Positions 46,525 through 54,571 of a stretch of 64,000 bases of DNA are shown here, piece by piece. The first letter of the stretch is position 1. Each line of letters opens with the position of its first letter. A program made the translations under genes and the position numbers. The DNA comes from Candidatus Woesearchaeota archaeon (GTDB lineage: Archaea > Nanobdellota > Nanobdellia > Woesearchaeales > DSVV01), in assembly GCA_018657385.1 (NCBI GenBank), contig JABHXF010000028.1:1472-65471 (forward strand), given 5' to 3'. Below the pieces are notes generated by a model, which saw only the letters and a program-made list of their open reading frames with translations, had not been told where the DNA came from and did not search any database.

Positions 46525-46627
46525 AAAACACCACCATTGACGCAGACCGACCGAGGGTTGGCTCCTTCGGAGTGGTCGGTAGGATTTTCATAGAAAATCC
46601 GTCTGCTGTCAGTAGTGGTGGTGTTTT
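46525..46627 (+). ncRNA. Family 1 structured element, copy F (long-P2 subtype)
   Basis: The outer stem is AAAACACCACCA/UAGUGGUGGUGUUUU and P1 is GACGCAGAC/GUCUGC-U-GUC. P2 is CGACC-GAGGGUUGG-CUCC-UUC-GGAG-U-GGUCG, then GUA, and P3 is GGAUUUUC-AUA-GAAAAUCC. Confidence 0.65.
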
Positions 46628-46704
46628 ATAAAGATAAAATAGAAAAAATTAACCAAAACAACAGAAAGATATTTAAATAAACCACTACTTTTAATGAGCT
46701 AGAC

Positions 46705-46817
46705 AGCCCCGTAGTGTAGTGGCCCATCATCCTGGATTTTGGAAGGCGGAAAAGTGGATTTTTCTGTGTTTCCCCTGGGAATGTCCTGGGACCTCGGTTC
46801 AAATCCGGGCGGGGCTA
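46705..46817 (+). tRNA. tRNA-Gln(UUG) with a 40-nt intron at the canonical 37/38 position (46743-46782)
   Basis: The acceptor stem is AGCCCCG/CGGGGCU with an A1-U72 pair, as I recall for archaeal tRNA-Gln. The T arm is CUCGG-UUCAAAU-CCGGG and the anticodon loop is UUUUGGA. A 3-4-3 bulge-helix-bulge can be drawn, and CCA is not encoded. Confidence 0.8.
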
Positions 46818-46862
46818 TTCTTCTTTATTATTTCTTTAGAATTTAATCAGAAAAATAACCAG

Positions 46863-48005
46863 TTATTTAAATAAATACTTCTGCTCTAACTCTTCTAATT
46901 GTTTTAAAACAACCTCTCTTCTTTCAGAATCAAATATTATTGCAGATGTATCTTGACAACCTTCACAAGAATCGCAAATAGTGTTGCATGAGAGAAAATT
47001 ATAATCAGATGCAATGCTAACTCCCATAAGTTCAGGCAATATTCTTCTATATTCTCTAATACCTGCTCTTGAACTGCTTACTTCATCTGTATCTATATTA
47101 AATACTTCTTCATTAGACATTGAATCTATATAAAAAGTTGAAAAGTTAGATGTTAAGTCTAATATGTTTCCATCATATGAACCACTCAAATAAGAACCTA
47201 TAACTTTTTCAATCCATGGAGTAGAATGAGATCTATCTACTAATTTTACAGAATCAACTCCTATTGATTCATATGCATCAAGATCTTCAGGTCTTATTAT
47301 AGGAAGTTGAAGAAATTCTTCTGGGTTTTCCATAAGATGTTTCATACAATAAAATGTAAAAGGTCTACAATGTAATGATGGTGCGTCTATCGAAGCATAT
47401 GATTTTATTATTGCATGTCCTCTTGCTTGTATGCAATTTGACATGCATCCTAGATTTGCAATTACTCTTATTTCAGTATCTGTTTTTTTTGCTTCTTCAA
47501 CCATTTTTTCAAGTAATGGAATATTCCTATAAGTTGAACCTCCAGAAACTATTGTTTTAACATTTTCAAGTTTAATCCATTGTTTTAATCTTTTCAAAGA
47601 ATCAACATTAGTATAAAAAGAAGCCACTACCTCAGTGCTTGGACAATATCTTTCAGCTAATCTTGCAAGTCCATAAGTTGCAACAGTTATTTTTTTTATT
47701 CCAGACTCTTCTATCCATTCAAGTTCTTCTATTATCTTTGGTCTGTCTTTCAAAAAATCAAATCTTGGAATAATATCATTGATTGACCACTCATATTCAA
47801 TTCCTAATTTTCTAAATCCAAATATTCTCTGCATAGCTTCTGGTCTAACATAATCCCATAGATTGGTTCTTCCAGAACCTAAATAAGTATTCTTTGTAAG
47901 TTTTCCATATACCTCTACTATTTGATGAGGTGATTCTTTTTCTTTTAATCTTTTTACTGCATCTAATAATTTAGGATCATTATTATCTGGGATTATTAAT
48001 TTCAT
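46863..48005 (-). CDS. Cys-rich hypothetical protein, possibly a U32-like TIM-barrel (uncertain)
   Basis: 380 aa with a central Cys group (GCMSNC...HC...YC) and a C-terminal CNTICDSCEGC. It is divergent from TrmB paralog 2 across the shared dyad block. Confidence 0.35.
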   Translation of the reverse strand: MKLIIPDNNDPKLLDAVKRLKEKESPHQIVEVYGKLTKNTYLGSGRTNLWDYVRPEAMQRIFGFRKLGIEYEWSINDIIPRFDFLKDRPKIIEELEWIEESGIKKITVATYGLARLAERYCPSTEVVASFYTNVDSLKRLKQWIKLENVKTIVSGGSTYRNIPLLEKMVEEAKKTDTEIRVIANLGCMSNCIQARGHAIIKSYASIDAPSLHCRPFTFYCMKHLMENPEEFLQLPIIRPEDLDAYESIGVDSVKLVDRSHSTPWIEKVIGSYLSGSYDGNILDLTSNFSTFYIDSMSNEEVFNIDTDEVSSSRAGIREYRRILPELMGVSIASDYNFLSCNTICDSCEGCQDTSAIIFDSERREVVLKQLEELEQKYLFK

Positions 48006-48053
48006 TTTAATTACCTTTGAAACATCACCCCAAAATAGTTGTTACACCTAATG

Positions 48054-48088
48054 ATATTTAAACCCTTTTGCCCCCTTAAGGGGTAAAA
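48054..48088. promoter_or_regulatory. Shared TrmB-promoter block with a perfect CCCCTTAAGGGG palindrome (copy 2)
   Basis: ATATTTAAACCCTTTTGCCCCCTTAAGGGGTAAAA sits between a minus-strand TTTAAATA box and the plus-strand TTTATATA box of the TrmB gene. Confidence 0.55.
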
Positions 48089-48120
48089 TTTATATATTGG
48101 TTATGTTTATTCTACATTAT

Positions 48121-48876
48121 ATGAAAAACATACAAGTTATACTTAGAGAAATAGGTTTGTCAGAAGGAGAACAGCAAGTTTATTTGTCATTGCTAAAACT
48201 TGGAGAGAGCACTAGCGGACCAATTGCTCAAAATTCAGGTATTTCTGCATCTAAAGTTTATCAAGTTCTAAATCGTTTAATTGGGAAAGGTTTAGTTAGT
48301 GAATTTGATAGAGGGGGGGTAAAACATTTCTCACCCATGAATCCTAGCACTCTTCTTGATTATCTAAATGAGAAAGAAAGTAGAATAAATAAATTGCAAG
48401 CAGAAATTCATAATCTATTACCAAATTTAACACAGTTGTATAATGATAAGGCTCAAGAGACTCAAGTAGAGCTTATGAGGGGAAGGCAAAGTTTATGGAA
48501 TGCCTGGAGAGCAATGTTAAGTGAATTAAAGAAAGGAGATGAATATAGAATAATTGGAGCGACATATGGAGAAAGTGGAAATGAAGAAGAGACAAGTTTC
48601 TTTACAGAATTTCATAAAAAAAGAGTTAAGAAAGGAGTAAAAGCAAGAATGCTTTTTCAACAATCTGTTAAACCCATTCCTATGACTGCAAAAACAGCCA
48701 AAATCAAATATTTGCCTTTGAGCTTTCAAAATCCTCTACAAATTAATTTATATAAAGATGTTTCTAATATTGTTATTTGGGGACCAGAACCAATGATATT
48801 TAAAATAAGGAGCAAACAAGTTACTGAAGGATTTAATCAATATTTCGAAGCCCTTTGGAAAGAATCAGAAAAATAA
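48121..48876 (+). CDS. TrmB-family transcription regulator (paralog 2)
   Basis: I chose the start MKNIQVILREIGLSEGEQQVYLSLL by alignment with the other two paralogs and its spacing from the TATA box. The track ORF starts at 48097 with TTG. Confidence 0.7.
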   Translation: MKNIQVILREIGLSEGEQQVYLSLLKLGESTSGPIAQNSGISASKVYQVLNRLIGKGLVSEFDRGGVKHFSPMNPSTLLDYLNEKESRINKLQAEIHNLLPNLTQLYNDKAQETQVELMRGRQSLWNAWRAMLSELKKGDEYRIIGATYGESGNEEETSFFTEFHKKRVKKGVKARMLFQQSVKPIPMTAKTAKIKYLPLSFQNPLQINLYKDVSNIVIWGPEPMIFKIRSKQVTEGFNQYFEALWKESEK

Positions 48877-48981
48877 AATTTATTTTAATTGCTATTCTTT
48901 ATCACAACTAGATAATAAAAAACTTCTATTTTAACATTTAGCTTCAGAAGATTTAAATAAACTTCCATATTACCTTGTCAT

Positions 48982-49545
48982 ATGGAAATCAAAAATGCAG
49001 TTTCTAAAACAATAGATCTTATATCAGTTGTTGGTAATTCTTATTTAGTATATGATATATTCAGACATAATGTTGTTAATGAACTTGTTGATGATGTATT
49101 ATCAGCAAATCACACATATATGGCATGTTTTAGGGGAATGACATTTATTGCTATACCAGGAATGAGACTTATTCTGCCTAAAGAAGGATATGATCTACCC
49201 CAGGTTGGATTAAATGCATGTGGTGCAAGTTTGGGTGCTTTTATTTCTTCAGCATCTATAGGTTTAGCAATGCAAGACCCATCATATAGAAATATAGGAG
49301 TTGCAGTTGCAGATACTGCCTTAACAATATGGGGTGCTTATCAAACATTTGATTCTGGAAAAGGATTAAGAAGAGAAATAAAAGATAAAGAACAAAAAGA
49401 TTTAGATAAAGATGACACAACTGCTAAATATTCTTCATTAACAGACAGACTTAAAGATTTAGGAAGTAAAGCAATTGGATTTGCAAAGAATAAAACAACA
49501 GAATACATGCCAGCTATTCAAAGAACTGCAAGTGCATTTTATTAA
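48982..49545 (+). CDS. Hypothetical protein (Gly/Ala-rich hydrophobic core)
   Basis: 187-aa ORF. No motif recognised. Confidence 0.4.
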   Translation: MEIKNAVSKTIDLISVVGNSYLVYDIFRHNVVNELVDDVLSANHTYMACFRGMTFIAIPGMRLILPKEGYDLPQVGLNACGASLGAFISSASIGLAMQDPSYRNIGVAVADTALTIWGAYQTFDSGKGLRREIKDKEQKDLDKDDTTAKYSSLTDRLKDLGSKAIGFAKNKTTEYMPAIQRTASAFY

Positions 49546-49558
49546 TATTTCTTAAATA

Positions 49559-49666
49559 AAAATCCATTCATTGCGCACATGTGAGTCGACTGAAAGGAGA
49601 CGAATAGGATTTTTTTGAACGTAGTGAAAAAAAGTCCGTATGTGCTGCCATGAATGAATGGATTTT
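49559..49666 (+). ncRNA. Family 1 structured element, copy G
   Basis: The outer stem is AAAAUCCAUUCAUU/AAUGAAUGGAUUUU and P1 is GCGCACAU/AUGUGC-U-GC. P2 is GUCGACU-GAAA-GGAGAC, the junction is GAAUA, and P3 is GGAUUUUUUU...AAAAAAAGUCC. Confidence 0.6.
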
Positions 49667-49689
49667 CAATTACATTATAAGAAAAAATA

Positions 49690-49722
49690 AAAATCCAATA
49701 GCTACATGTCCTTCGGACCTAG
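49690..49722 (-). terminator. GGACCTAG box, copy 6
   Basis: The minus strand reads CTAGGTCCGAAGGACATGTAGCTATTGGATTTTTATTTTTT, starting 36 nt after the stop of the 49759-50088 gene. Confidence 0.45.
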
Positions 49723-49758
49723 ACATTGTTGTAAACAAAAAAAAGAATTAAAATAAAG

Positions 49759-50088
49759 TTATTTCTCAGCTTTCACTGGAATAGGTTCTTCTGTTTTTGT
49801 TGTCATTATTGCATCTGTTTTAGAACTATGCACAACATATAACCATGCTAAATAAATTACAACTGTAATTGTAACACCTAACATCAAATCTGAGAATAAA
49901 TTAGGACTAATCATGAATAATTCTTTATTCCAAGCATGATCAATTATTCCAAAAATAGCTCCACCAGCCCATAATAAATTTAACCATTTGTGTTTTTGAC
50001 TAGCTTTCCATTCTGGCTTTTTCTTTCTCATAAAATAATGAACACATGCTGCAATTGCAGGTATAGTAACACATCCCATAATAAACAC
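49759..50088 (-). CDS. Small membrane protein (hypothetical)
   Basis: 109 aa with three hydrophobic segments. Confidence 0.45.
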   Translation of the reverse strand: MFIMGCVTIPAIAACVHYFMRKKKPEWKASQKHKWLNLLWAGGAIFGIIDHAWNKELFMISPNLFSDLMLGVTITVVIYLAWLYVVHSSKTDAIMTTKTEEPIPVKAEK

Positions 50089-50288
50089 CTCATTTTAATT
50101 TATTTAACAATTAAGAAGATGTAAGTATAAATAGATTGTGGTTAAATATAAACCACACTAAATAAAACAAATAGTGTACAAATCACTTAAAAGTAGTCAA
50201 TTCTGTTAATTTTATCAAAACATTTATATATAAACTATAGTCACTATAGTACAAAGGACAAAAATCAAGTTATTTTAAGGTGAAATAG

Positions 50289-51833
50289 ATGGTAGAATTA
50301 AGTGAAAAATCAACCACATTATGGGTAAAACAGCAAACAAAGGCACTATTAGGTAAAGTAGGTAATAAAGGAGAAACCTACGATGAAATTATTAATAGAT
50401 TGATCCAGAAAGAAACATCTGTATTTGGTCTTGATTTGAAAGGGAGAAAATTGTATAGGCAAGGTGTAGATGCAAGACCTTATTTTGTTATCCCATACAC
50501 AGATGCATTAAAAGCATTTGGAAGAAGAAGTTCTATTGCATTTTTCTATGGAAGGAAAAATTATAGTTATTGGGATGAAAATGTTGTTACAGACTTAGCT
50601 AGAGAAATGTTAATTAAACAAACCCACGATAAAGATGTTATTATTAACATGATTAAAAAATGGCAAGGAATTGTAAACAAACAAATTAAGTTTGAAGCTG
50701 AAATCAAAGACCTTGACAATAAAACAAACCAAGAAATTGTACATCTAACACACAAATTAGTTAAAATTGCACATGAAACATGGGAACTTAGTATTAGTAT
50801 TGAAATATTTGACCCAAAAAGCGAAGAATTAATTGAAGAGTTCTTAACAAGGTATGATAATTCTAATTTAAGCATTAAAGAATTTAAAATATTATGTGGG
50901 GCAAAAGAATCAACTAATATTCAGAAAGAAATGATTAGCTTGTATAATATTGCATTGAAAAAAAATTATGATAAACTAGACGAGCATGCCAATAACTTCT
51001 ATTGGATTAGTAATACATGGTCAGATGCAAAAAGATTAAGTAAAAGTTTTTTCTTAGCTAAAATTAACAGATTAGAACAAGAAAAAATTAATTTTAAATT
51101 AGAATTAGAAAAAATTAAGGAATACCAAAAGCAAACATCAGAACAGGAAAAAGAAATCCTAAAAAAACATCCAAACTTATCAGAAGAAATTAAAAGAATT
51201 ATTGAATTTTTCAGATTAATGGCAGAATGGAGAGAAGACAGGAAAAAATACGCATTAATAACTAACCATTATTTCAAATTATTACTAGAGGAAACATCTA
51301 AACGAACTGGAGTAAGAAAAGAATTATTATATTTTATATTGCCAGAAGAAGTTCAAATCCCATTACCAAGAGAATTATTTGATTCATTACATGAAAGAGC
51401 TGAATTTTGTATGTTATATGTGGATGAAAAAGATTCACCTACAATAGTTTCTGATGATAGAACAAGAAAGTATGTTGAAGAAATAAAAGAAGGATTAAAA
51501 GGAAGTGGTGAACGATTATATGGGAATGTTGCAAACCCTGGAAAAGTTGAAGGTGTTGCAAAAGTTATATTTACTGAAACAGAAATGGATAAAATGAAGA
51601 AAAATGATATTTTAGTTGCACCTTGTACAAGACCTGAATATTTACCAGCAATGAAAAAAGCTAAAGCAATTATTACAGATGAGGGTGGAGTAACAAGTCA
51701 TGCAGCAATTGTTTCTAGAGAATTAGGTGTTCCTTGTATTGTTGGGTTACAAAATGCAACAGATGTAATCAAAGATGGCGATATAATAGAAGTTAATGCA
51801 AATCATGGCATTGTTAGTGTGAAAAAAAGCTAG
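50289..51833 (+). CDS. Protein with a C-terminal PEP-utilising-enzyme mobile (swivel) domain, paralog of 14462-15559
   Basis: 514 aa. The C-terminus ILVAPCTRPEYLPAMKKAKAIITDEGGVTSHAAIVSRELGVPCIVG carries the GGxTSHAAIVxRE phosphohistidine motif. The N-terminal approximately 400 aa are unassigned. Confidence 0.7.
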   Translation: MVELSEKSTTLWVKQQTKALLGKVGNKGETYDEIINRLIQKETSVFGLDLKGRKLYRQGVDARPYFVIPYTDALKAFGRRSSIAFFYGRKNYSYWDENVVTDLAREMLIKQTHDKDVIINMIKKWQGIVNKQIKFEAEIKDLDNKTNQEIVHLTHKLVKIAHETWELSISIEIFDPKSEELIEEFLTRYDNSNLSIKEFKILCGAKESTNIQKEMISLYNIALKKNYDKLDEHANNFYWISNTWSDAKRLSKSFFLAKINRLEQEKINFKLELEKIKEYQKQTSEQEKEILKKHPNLSEEIKRIIEFFRLMAEWREDRKKYALITNHYFKLLLEETSKRTGVRKELLYFILPEEVQIPLPRELFDSLHERAEFCMLYVDEKDSPTIVSDDRTRKYVEEIKEGLKGSGERLYGNVANPGKVEGVAKVIFTETEMDKMKKNDILVAPCTRPEYLPAMKKAKAIITDEGGVTSHAAIVSRELGVPCIVGLQNATDVIKDGDIIEVNANHGIVSVKKS

Positions 51834-51918
51834 ATTGAGATATGATTGATTATAAGATAAGCATTTTCAATTCCTAAAAGTAACAAATTATTTATAGTTG
51901 TATATTAATAAGAAGAAT

Positions 51919-52056
51919 ATGGTAAGTGACACATCATTAGCAATGAGATATGACACATATATAAGACATAATAAACATAAAGAAACTTTTTTAAATATGT
52001 GGACTGTAGGGATTATATTATTAGGGATATTGCTATTATTGAGATTGTTAGGATGA
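51919..52056 (+). CDS. Possible membrane micropeptide (45 aa)
   Basis: Sequence MVSDTSLAMRYDTYIRHNKHKETFLNMWTVGIILLGILLLLRLLG, with a single C-terminal TM segment. There is no clear Shine-Dalgarno sequence. Confidence 0.25.
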   Translation: MVSDTSLAMRYDTYIRHNKHKETFLNMWTVGIILLGILLLLRLLG

Positions 52057-52098
52057 AAAACTGAAGACTTTGTAAAGTTAAAACAATATAATTAATAT

Positions 52099-52848
52099 TT
52101 ACTTAGTCATATCCCAGAAATAATCAAAGTATTGCTTCATTGAATCTGCAACTTGTTGATTTATTATTTCTACTGCCATTGCAATTGGTGATTGAAGAAA
52201 GATTACTATTGTGTCTTTGTAAATTAAAAACATTGCTGGAGTTGTTAAATCAACTGGCATTCTTCTTGCATTAACTCCTTTGTAAGAAGTTCTGTTTTTG
52301 ATAATATTATTTTTTGTATCCTTATTGAATAATAATTTACATTTAATACCTGTTTTTATTCTTTTTACATGATCTCTTTGCCAATAAAGATGTTGTTCTT
52401 CTGGTTGAGATGCAGGAATTCCTAAGTAATAGTAGAATTCTCCTTTCTTTAATTTTTGATAAGTATGTTCATGTGCTGTTCTAAGACCTTTGAAGCCTGT
52501 GTAAATGTTAGCTTCACTCTTTGGCTGCATTTTTTGATGTAATAGTAATTGTGGAAGCATTTCTTCTACTTTTTTCTTATTTTCTTTTAACAGTATTTCC
52601 CTGTTTTCAATAAATTCTAATATTTTTCCAGGTGAAGAAGCTTGAAAATACTTTGTTTTATCTTTTGTTATGTATGAAACTAATCCTTTTTGCATGAGTT
52701 TTTCAAGAATTTGATATATAATAGATCTGGCTATTCTAGATTTTTCTATAATTGGACCTGTTGTTGATGATCCAAGTTCTAATAACGCTAGATAAACCTT
52801 AATTTCTCCATCTGTAAGTCCTGCTTCTTTTAGGTGTGATATGTCCAT
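52099..52848 (-). CDS. TrmB-family transcription regulator (paralog 3)
   Basis: 249 aa. LKEAGLTDGEIKVYLALLELGSSTTGPIIEKSRIARSIIYQILEKLMQKGLV is the TrmB winged-helix domain. Confidence 0.75.
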   Translation of the reverse strand: MDISHLKEAGLTDGEIKVYLALLELGSSTTGPIIEKSRIARSIIYQILEKLMQKGLVSYITKDKTKYFQASSPGKILEFIENREILLKENKKKVEEMLPQLLLHQKMQPKSEANIYTGFKGLRTAHEHTYQKLKKGEFYYYLGIPASQPEEQHLYWQRDHVKRIKTGIKCKLLFNKDTKNNIIKNRTSYKGVNARRMPVDLTTPAMFLIYKDTIVIFLQSPIAMAVEIINQQVADSMKQYFDYFWDMTK

Positions 52849-52931
52849 GTTTCTTTATTTAGATGTTTTCTTATATAAAACTTGTTATTGTTGTACCAGT
52901 AGTGGTGGGCAAATATTTATATAACTAAGAA

Positions 52932-52957
52932 AACTTAGGAGTAGTAACTAACACAAA
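52932..52957 (+). promoter_or_regulatory. Conserved promoter/5' block of the micropeptide gene (copy 2)
   Basis: AACTTAGGAGTAGTAACTAACACAAA lies about 10 nt after an ATTTATATAA box. It is the counterpart of 16702-16723. Confidence 0.45.
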
Positions 52958-52978
52958 TAGAAAATAGTGGAGGGTAAA

Positions 52979-53089
52979 ATGGAAGGAAATGCAAGCATAG
53001 ATTACAACAAAAAAATGGATTATGGATTGAGCATTCCAACAGCAACTACCATTTTAATTGTAATTTTGCTAATATTAAAAATAATGTAG
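52979..53089 (+). CDS. Membrane micropeptide (36 aa), paralog of 16485-16589
   Basis: Sequence MEGNASIDYNKKMDYGLSIPTATTILIVILLILKIM, with a GGAGGG Shine-Dalgarno sequence upstream. The stop TAG overlaps the next ORF. Confidence 0.4.
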   Translation: MEGNASIDYNKKMDYGLSIPTATTILIVILLILKIM

Positions 53090-53097
53090 TGATAAAA

Positions 53098-53751
53098 ATG
53101 AAAAAAGCAATAACATTAGTAGCATTACTTACATTATTATCACCATATGCAAATGCAGAAGAAAAAAGTGAAGATAATAAAGTAGAAACATCTGGTTGGT
53201 TCCAAACATTGATTGGATATAACATTACAAGTAATAATCCTGCAATTAGATTTCAAAGTGGTTATAATATAGAAGATTTTGGCTTTTATGGAGAAGTTAA
53301 TCTATTACCAGAAGGAGAAGACACTGCAGAGATTGATGGCGTCTATACAGAACTAAGAGGTTGGTATGATGTTATTGAAAATTTAGGATTAATTTTAGAA
53401 TTTCAGGGAGGAAGTGGAATAGATGATTTGTTAAGAGGTGGATTTATGTTATATGGTGGAGTTGGAGATTTATCTGGACATTTAAGATTGATGCCAGTAA
53501 GTTCAACTGGAAAAGCAGAACAAATTGGAGCATATGCAATGCTAAAACTTCCAGTTGGTTTTTCAATAGATTTATTCGCAGAATACAACTTTGATTATGA
53601 AGGAGAAACAAATAACTTATACACAGAAGTTGGTGTCTATTGGAACATTGCAGGTGGATTACATATTGGAAGCCATACAAGAATGTTCTTTGACTTCATG
53701 GAAAACATGCAAGATTTACAAGAGTTAGGTGTGTTAAAGTATGAGTTTTAG
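53098..53751 (+). CDS. Secreted beta-strand-rich protein with outer-membrane-barrel-like features
   Basis: The signal peptide is MKKAITLVALLTLLSPYANA. About 12 alternating-hydrophobic strands follow, and the sequence ends in the aromatic KYEF. The track ORF starts at a GTG at 53089. Confidence 0.55.
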   Translation: MKKAITLVALLTLLSPYANAEEKSEDNKVETSGWFQTLIGYNITSNNPAIRFQSGYNIEDFGFYGEVNLLPEGEDTAEIDGVYTELRGWYDVIENLGLILEFQGGSGIDDLLRGGFMLYGGVGDLSGHLRLMPVSSTGKAEQIGAYAMLKLPVGFSIDLFAEYNFDYEGETNNLYTEVGVYWNIAGGLHIGSHTRMFFDFMENMQDLQELGVLKYEF

Positions 53752-53809
53752 ATTTTTTATTTTTTCATTACAAAACATTTATATAAACCCAAACTAATAC
53801 AATATTAAC

Positions 53810-54016
53810 ATGTGCTTAGCAATACCAGGTAAAATAATAGAGATTAAAGAAGATAAGGTTATAGTAGAGTATCCTGGAGAAAATAGAGAAGTTCTTAATG
53901 CAGGATTTGATTTAAAGCAAGGAGAATATGTGTTTGTTCAGGCAGGTATTGTTATTCAAAAGATTCCAGAAGATGAAGCAGTTGAAAGTTTGAAAGCTTG
54001 GGCAGAAGTTAGTTAA
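53810..54016 (+). CDS. hypC: Hydrogenase assembly chaperone HypC/HupF
   Basis: 68 aa. MCLAIPGKIIEI carries the invariant N-terminal Cys2 motif. Confidence 0.85.
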   Translation: MCLAIPGKIIEIKEDKVIVEYPGENREVLNAGFDLKQGEYVFVQAGIVIQKIPEDEAVESLKAWAEVS

Positions 54017-54509
54017 CTTTCTCAATTATGTATGCGTAATGTATTATTACTATATCATTTGGTTCAATAGAAAGGTTGTAAATGTTTATGCATCTTCTTT
54101 CAATTTCCTTACCATTAATTTTATACTTGACAAACATAATTCTTTTCCCTGCAATAGTTTCAATCTTATCAATAATTGCTGTATGTATTTTGCATAAATC
54201 TCTAACAGTAGGTGGGAATTTATTAAAAAAGGCTTTTTCAGATTCAATAAGCATGTTATGCTCATCTTCTGAGAAATATCTTTTGATAACTTCAATATCC
54301 CAACAATCTTTATTCATTCTTTCTGCTAACTCTTTAAGATTAACAAATGCAACCTTATATGTATCCTCTAATACTTCTCTAGAAGGTGTAATATCATTCT
54401 CAACTGCATATTTTAAGTCATCAAATCTTTGTTGTCTTATTCTTTTATCCATTAAAATAACTTCAGTACATGGCCATGCATATTTAAAGAAATATTGTTC
54501 AGATATCAT
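54009..54509 (-). CDS. Hypothetical protein
   Basis: 166 aa. I prefer it over the overlapping plus-strand 157-aa ORF because of its K/E/D-rich soluble composition. Its 3' end overlaps hypC by 8 nt. Confidence 0.4.
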   Translation of the reverse strand: MISEQYFFKYAWPCTEVILMDKRIRQQRFDDLKYAVENDITPSREVLEDTYKVAFVNLKELAERMNKDCWDIEVIKRYFSEDEHNMLIESEKAFFNKFPPTVRDLCKIHTAIIDKIETIAGKRIMFVKYKINGKEIERRCINIYNLSIEPNDIVIIHYAYIIEKVN

Positions 54510-54571
54510 TTTGTTGTTTTTGTTTTATTCTATAAAAATCATAATAATAAATTGATTTCACACTTTTAGAA

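Noticed and set aside
46400-46591. 63-aa ORF in the track. The same applies to 27884-28105 (73 aa) and 54499-54690 (63 aa).
   Set aside because: Each lies on or opposite a GC-rich family 1 element or GGACCTAG box. Their Gly/Pro/Arg-rich translations simply reflect the structured repeats, and there is no Shine-Dalgarno sequence.
54082-54555. 157-aa plus-strand ORF overlapping the 166-aa minus-strand ORF.
   Set aside because: It has a hydrophobic, Ser/Leu/Ile-rich composition typical of antisense frames of AT-rich genes. The minus-strand frame has normal soluble-protein composition. This remains a judgement call.
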